Below, in pieces: positions 60,959-64,000 of a DNA stretch of 64,000 nucleotides (within the stretch, counting starts at the first letter, position 1; each line of letters starts with the position of its first letter). The notes below the pieces were generated by a model. It saw only the letters and a program-made list of their open reading frames with translations, searched no databases and had not been told where the DNA came from. The position numbers were made by a program, and so were the translations under genes. Origin of the DNA: Takakia lepidozioides (lineage: Eukaryota; Plantae; Bryophyta); contig CM060733.1 in the NCBI GenBank assembly GCA_030704615.1, positions 51,088,001 to 51,152,000 of the forward strand, given 5' to 3'.

Positions 60959-63600
60959 CACTAGAAGAAAAACGCGGAATAACCACTCTGTTAACCACTC
61001 ATTTTTAGTGGTAAAAGACACTAAACCACTCTGGCCCCAGAGTGATGAAGAACCAGTGGATTAGGACAAGTGAGTGGTAAGAGACATTACGTGGCACCAG
61101 TGGTTAAGGACGGTGGTTCGAACCATTCATGTCCGGGTCCACCTGTTAGCTGACGTGTCACAGTGGTAAATTAACCACTGTGACATATCAATGATGTGTC
61201 ACTGAGGTAAACCAACCACTTATAACGTGTCACAGTGGTAAACTGACGTGTCATAGTGGTAAAGTAACCACTTCCGTTTTGTAGTGGAGACGTGTAAGCC
61301 GGTGGTCCGTGGATGATATTGGAGATTATGTCGACACGTGGCAACACTCTCAGCATTGACACGTGTCATCTGTCAGTGCTACGAAATGGATGGAGTGAAA
61401 AATTCAATGACTTCCAAAACCACTTGTTGAGTGATCACAAAATGACTCATAGAGTCATTCTATGAAAACTGAGAATATACAATATCACTCATAGAGTGGT
61501 TATGTGAGTGGATGACGTCTCTCAGCAGGTCATTGGAATGATTACCCACAGAGTGGTATATAAGCTATTTGAGTCATTCATGGTGTCTCTCTGAGTGGGA
61601 AAATGGATTGGAGTGATTATTAACAGAGTGGTGTGTAAGTGATTAGGAATACCACTGGAGGAATTCATACCACTAGTACAGTAATATATATGTGACTACT
61701 TATACCACTATACGAGTGGTAACGTAGGCAATTGTGTGCATTTGACTACTCCCACAGTTTTAAATTATACCACTATTACAGTGATGTGCAAGTGATTATG
61801 AACATGACTAGAGGAACACATACCACTAGTGTAGTGAAAGAAGTACCATTGGGGATTCAAGCTCCACAAAATAGAATAGAATCCCCGAGAGTTAAGTGCT
61901 GGAAACACTGTCAACAAAATCCAGCCATGATAAAAGTCTGAGCCTAACTTCTACACGGCGTCTCCGCATGCATGCTAGGAACACTGAACTGCTTTCCTGC
62001 CTTCTTCTCACTGCCAGCAATGTCTATGCTCGGGCGAACGAAATCTAAGCCATCTTCATGTTCTTCTCTGGCCAAAGACAATTCAGACCGACGACATCCT
62101 CCAACATTGTTTGCGGTGGGACCTCTTCCTCGTTAGGGTGAGGCAAGACACAATTGGCAATATAGATATCATTCACCTCAACCTGCCACAATCCTTCAGG
62201 TACAACACGGCAGTGATATGTGTCTTTGTCAGGCACACCAATGACAATTCCACTAGCAGCCTTGTGTCGTGGTAAATGAGGATCATACAGGCTGATTTTG
62301 TCCTTCAACTTAAACTGCACACAACACCCACCATAAACCCCACATTAATCAACCCATGAAGACTTACATGTACATTCAAAACTAGATAATGAGGACCGTC
62401 TAGTACAAGGGGGTTGAAAGTACTTTTGGTAGCATAAGAATATCTGCCACTGTGGCAGGGGGTTGATATTTGGGGGTTGCCTTTGAAGGCGCCGTAGTTG
62501 GTGCACTGTCGGTGGCAATATCAAGAGTGGCTTTCTCGGCCTACAAACATCACGCCCAACACCCCTTAGCAGTTACATTTAGCAATGCATCTACTAATAG
62601 TTTGAAGTACCCAACATGTAAATGGCCACATTGTACAGAACTGATAGCTGATGCATAGAATTCATGGCACACACCAATAAATAGATCATTCATGAAATGT
62701 TTTCAGAGTCAAAAACAGAAAGCAAGATAAAGTCTTTGAGGGCGTACCTCTTTCTGTGGGGAAGGCTTCACATGCTGATCTGCCAAACCCCCACTGTCAC
62801 CCTTACCAACACTCTCGGTGGTGCAGACGTCCTCACCAGCAGCCAATATTGTTGTCCCGCCAGCTCCACCTCCCTTCCTACGTGGCAATTTATCAGGAAT
62901 TCCCTTGCGCCCCAATTTTACTTGGGTCACCACAAGGTCCTCAATGGCAGACGACTTTGGCTTTTCCCCAACCTCAAGAGGTTCTCCCTGCACCCAAACA
63001 AAACATACCAGAGCAGTAAACTTCAAAGTCAACTAACACTGAATGGATGACAACCACAAAAATAAGTTGGGGTGAAGGTGCACAAACCACCTTCTCTGTA
63101 GCAGTCTTTCCTCCCAAGCCTGCGTCGGAATCGCAAGGTTCAATAACAATACATATTGGGTTAGTAGTTGGAGGAGGGGCGGTTGCTGACATTCCCAACA
63201 TCATTGCCATCAATGCATCCAGTTGCAGCCTAACACAAGCCCCTCCACCCCACAAAGTTAGCAATTATGGAAAATAAGGTCAACCGGGCAACAAGCAAGG
63301 TCGGCAGTTCGTGAACGCAACAAACCTTGGTCCAACGTGCCAAAAAAAGTTTGGCATCCAATGGCGTGAATGCATGGAATGTCATGCTTTGGCGCCCTAG
63401 CAATGTCCCACATCCATTCAGTATTAAAACCCTAACACATGTTCTAACCCTTTGAAATTTAATCCATGGGTCAAGCCATACATAGTCCAATTCGCAAGCC
63501 ATTCATCTTTCTAACAAGGTTTCCAGGTCATTCACATTTAGGAAAGAACCTTGGTTTGATATATAACATTTACCACCATATATGCAGATTGTAAACTCAT
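60959..63600. mobile_element. CACTA (En/Spm) transposon end with subterminal repeats; right boundary uncertain
   Basis: Terminus CACTAGAAGAAAAA at 60959 and dense ACCACT/AGTGGT motifs in both orientations to about 61830. Minus-strand exon 62045-62320 (QVEVNDIYIANCVLPHP...LWP) resembles the TnpA/Tnp1 C-terminal domain. Confidence 0.75.
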
Positions 63601-63699
63601 CACAAAAGCAGATTGCAGGTCTGGAGATAAATCTCTAGAACCAGGCTCAAAGCATATCAGGTTCGAAATGAAACAATCAGCCACTCATGCCTTAAGTTC

Positions 63700-64000
63700 A
63701 TGAAGTTTTTACCTTGGTTGTCCCACCATTGACTGGGGTAAGAAAAATATTCATTCCACAGCTTCTCCTCGTCTCAGCTGTTACCTGTTTCTGGATACTT
63801 CCCTGTTGTCACATTGGCAGTACCATGTCAAAGTCGCTCCAAACTATCAAAAGCTCACTCAACCAGCTAACTTGCAGAATTCAACATGAAAATTTAGGGC
63901 CGATTCTAATAAGATGGAAAAACAGGGTGAAATGTGTTGAAGAAGGTGCCTTCATTACCAGTGCCTGAGTTTATCATTGTGTCGCTGCTACTGCGGCTTC
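63700..64000 (-). repeat. Inverted copy of the leader sequence found upstream of the PPR arrays
   Basis: The reverse complement matches about 39930-40160 (GAAGGCACCTTC...TGTTTTTCC...AAATTTTCATGTTGAATTCTGCAAGTTAGCT...GAGACGAGGAGAAGCT) and 51770-51900. Confidence 0.8.

Noticed and set aside
60980-61830. Repeat-spacer appearance resembling a CRISPR array
   Set aside because: Short motifs in both orientations next to a CACTA terminus are subterminal repeats; the context is eukaryotic and there are no cas genes.

Overview
Eukaryotic nuclear DNA from a land plant. A non-seed lineage (bryophyte or lycophyte-like) is inferred from the Tcn1-like chromovirus, the half-tRNA-primed Copia, the RLE-type LINE relic and the very homogeneous PLS-PPR repeats. 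The window is dominated by transposons. Only one host gene looks intact: a 4-exon Mpv17/PMP22-family gene on the minus strand (33277-35404). There is also an O-fucosyltransferase pseudogene and a ~12 kb degenerate PLS-DYW PPR (RNA-editing factor) cluster. The PPR cluster is interrupted by a full-length Copia element and by a 364-bp TRIM whose two LTRs each carry a near-complete tRNA cloverleaf with Pol III signals; this is the most striking element in the window. Other elements are a near full-length chromoviral Ty3/gypsy element, a complete PIF/Harbinger element abutting a Tourist-like MITE, a hAT MITE with a provable empty site, and a pogo/Fot1-like transposase relic split by a TTAA-flanked piggyBac-type element. 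A separate piggyBac transposase fragment, L1-type LINE relics, a hAT transposase relic, a second Tcn1-like gypsy element, a CACTA end and a ~4.3 kb local duplication complete the picture. All coordinates were read by eye and family assignments come from motif recognition, not database searches.
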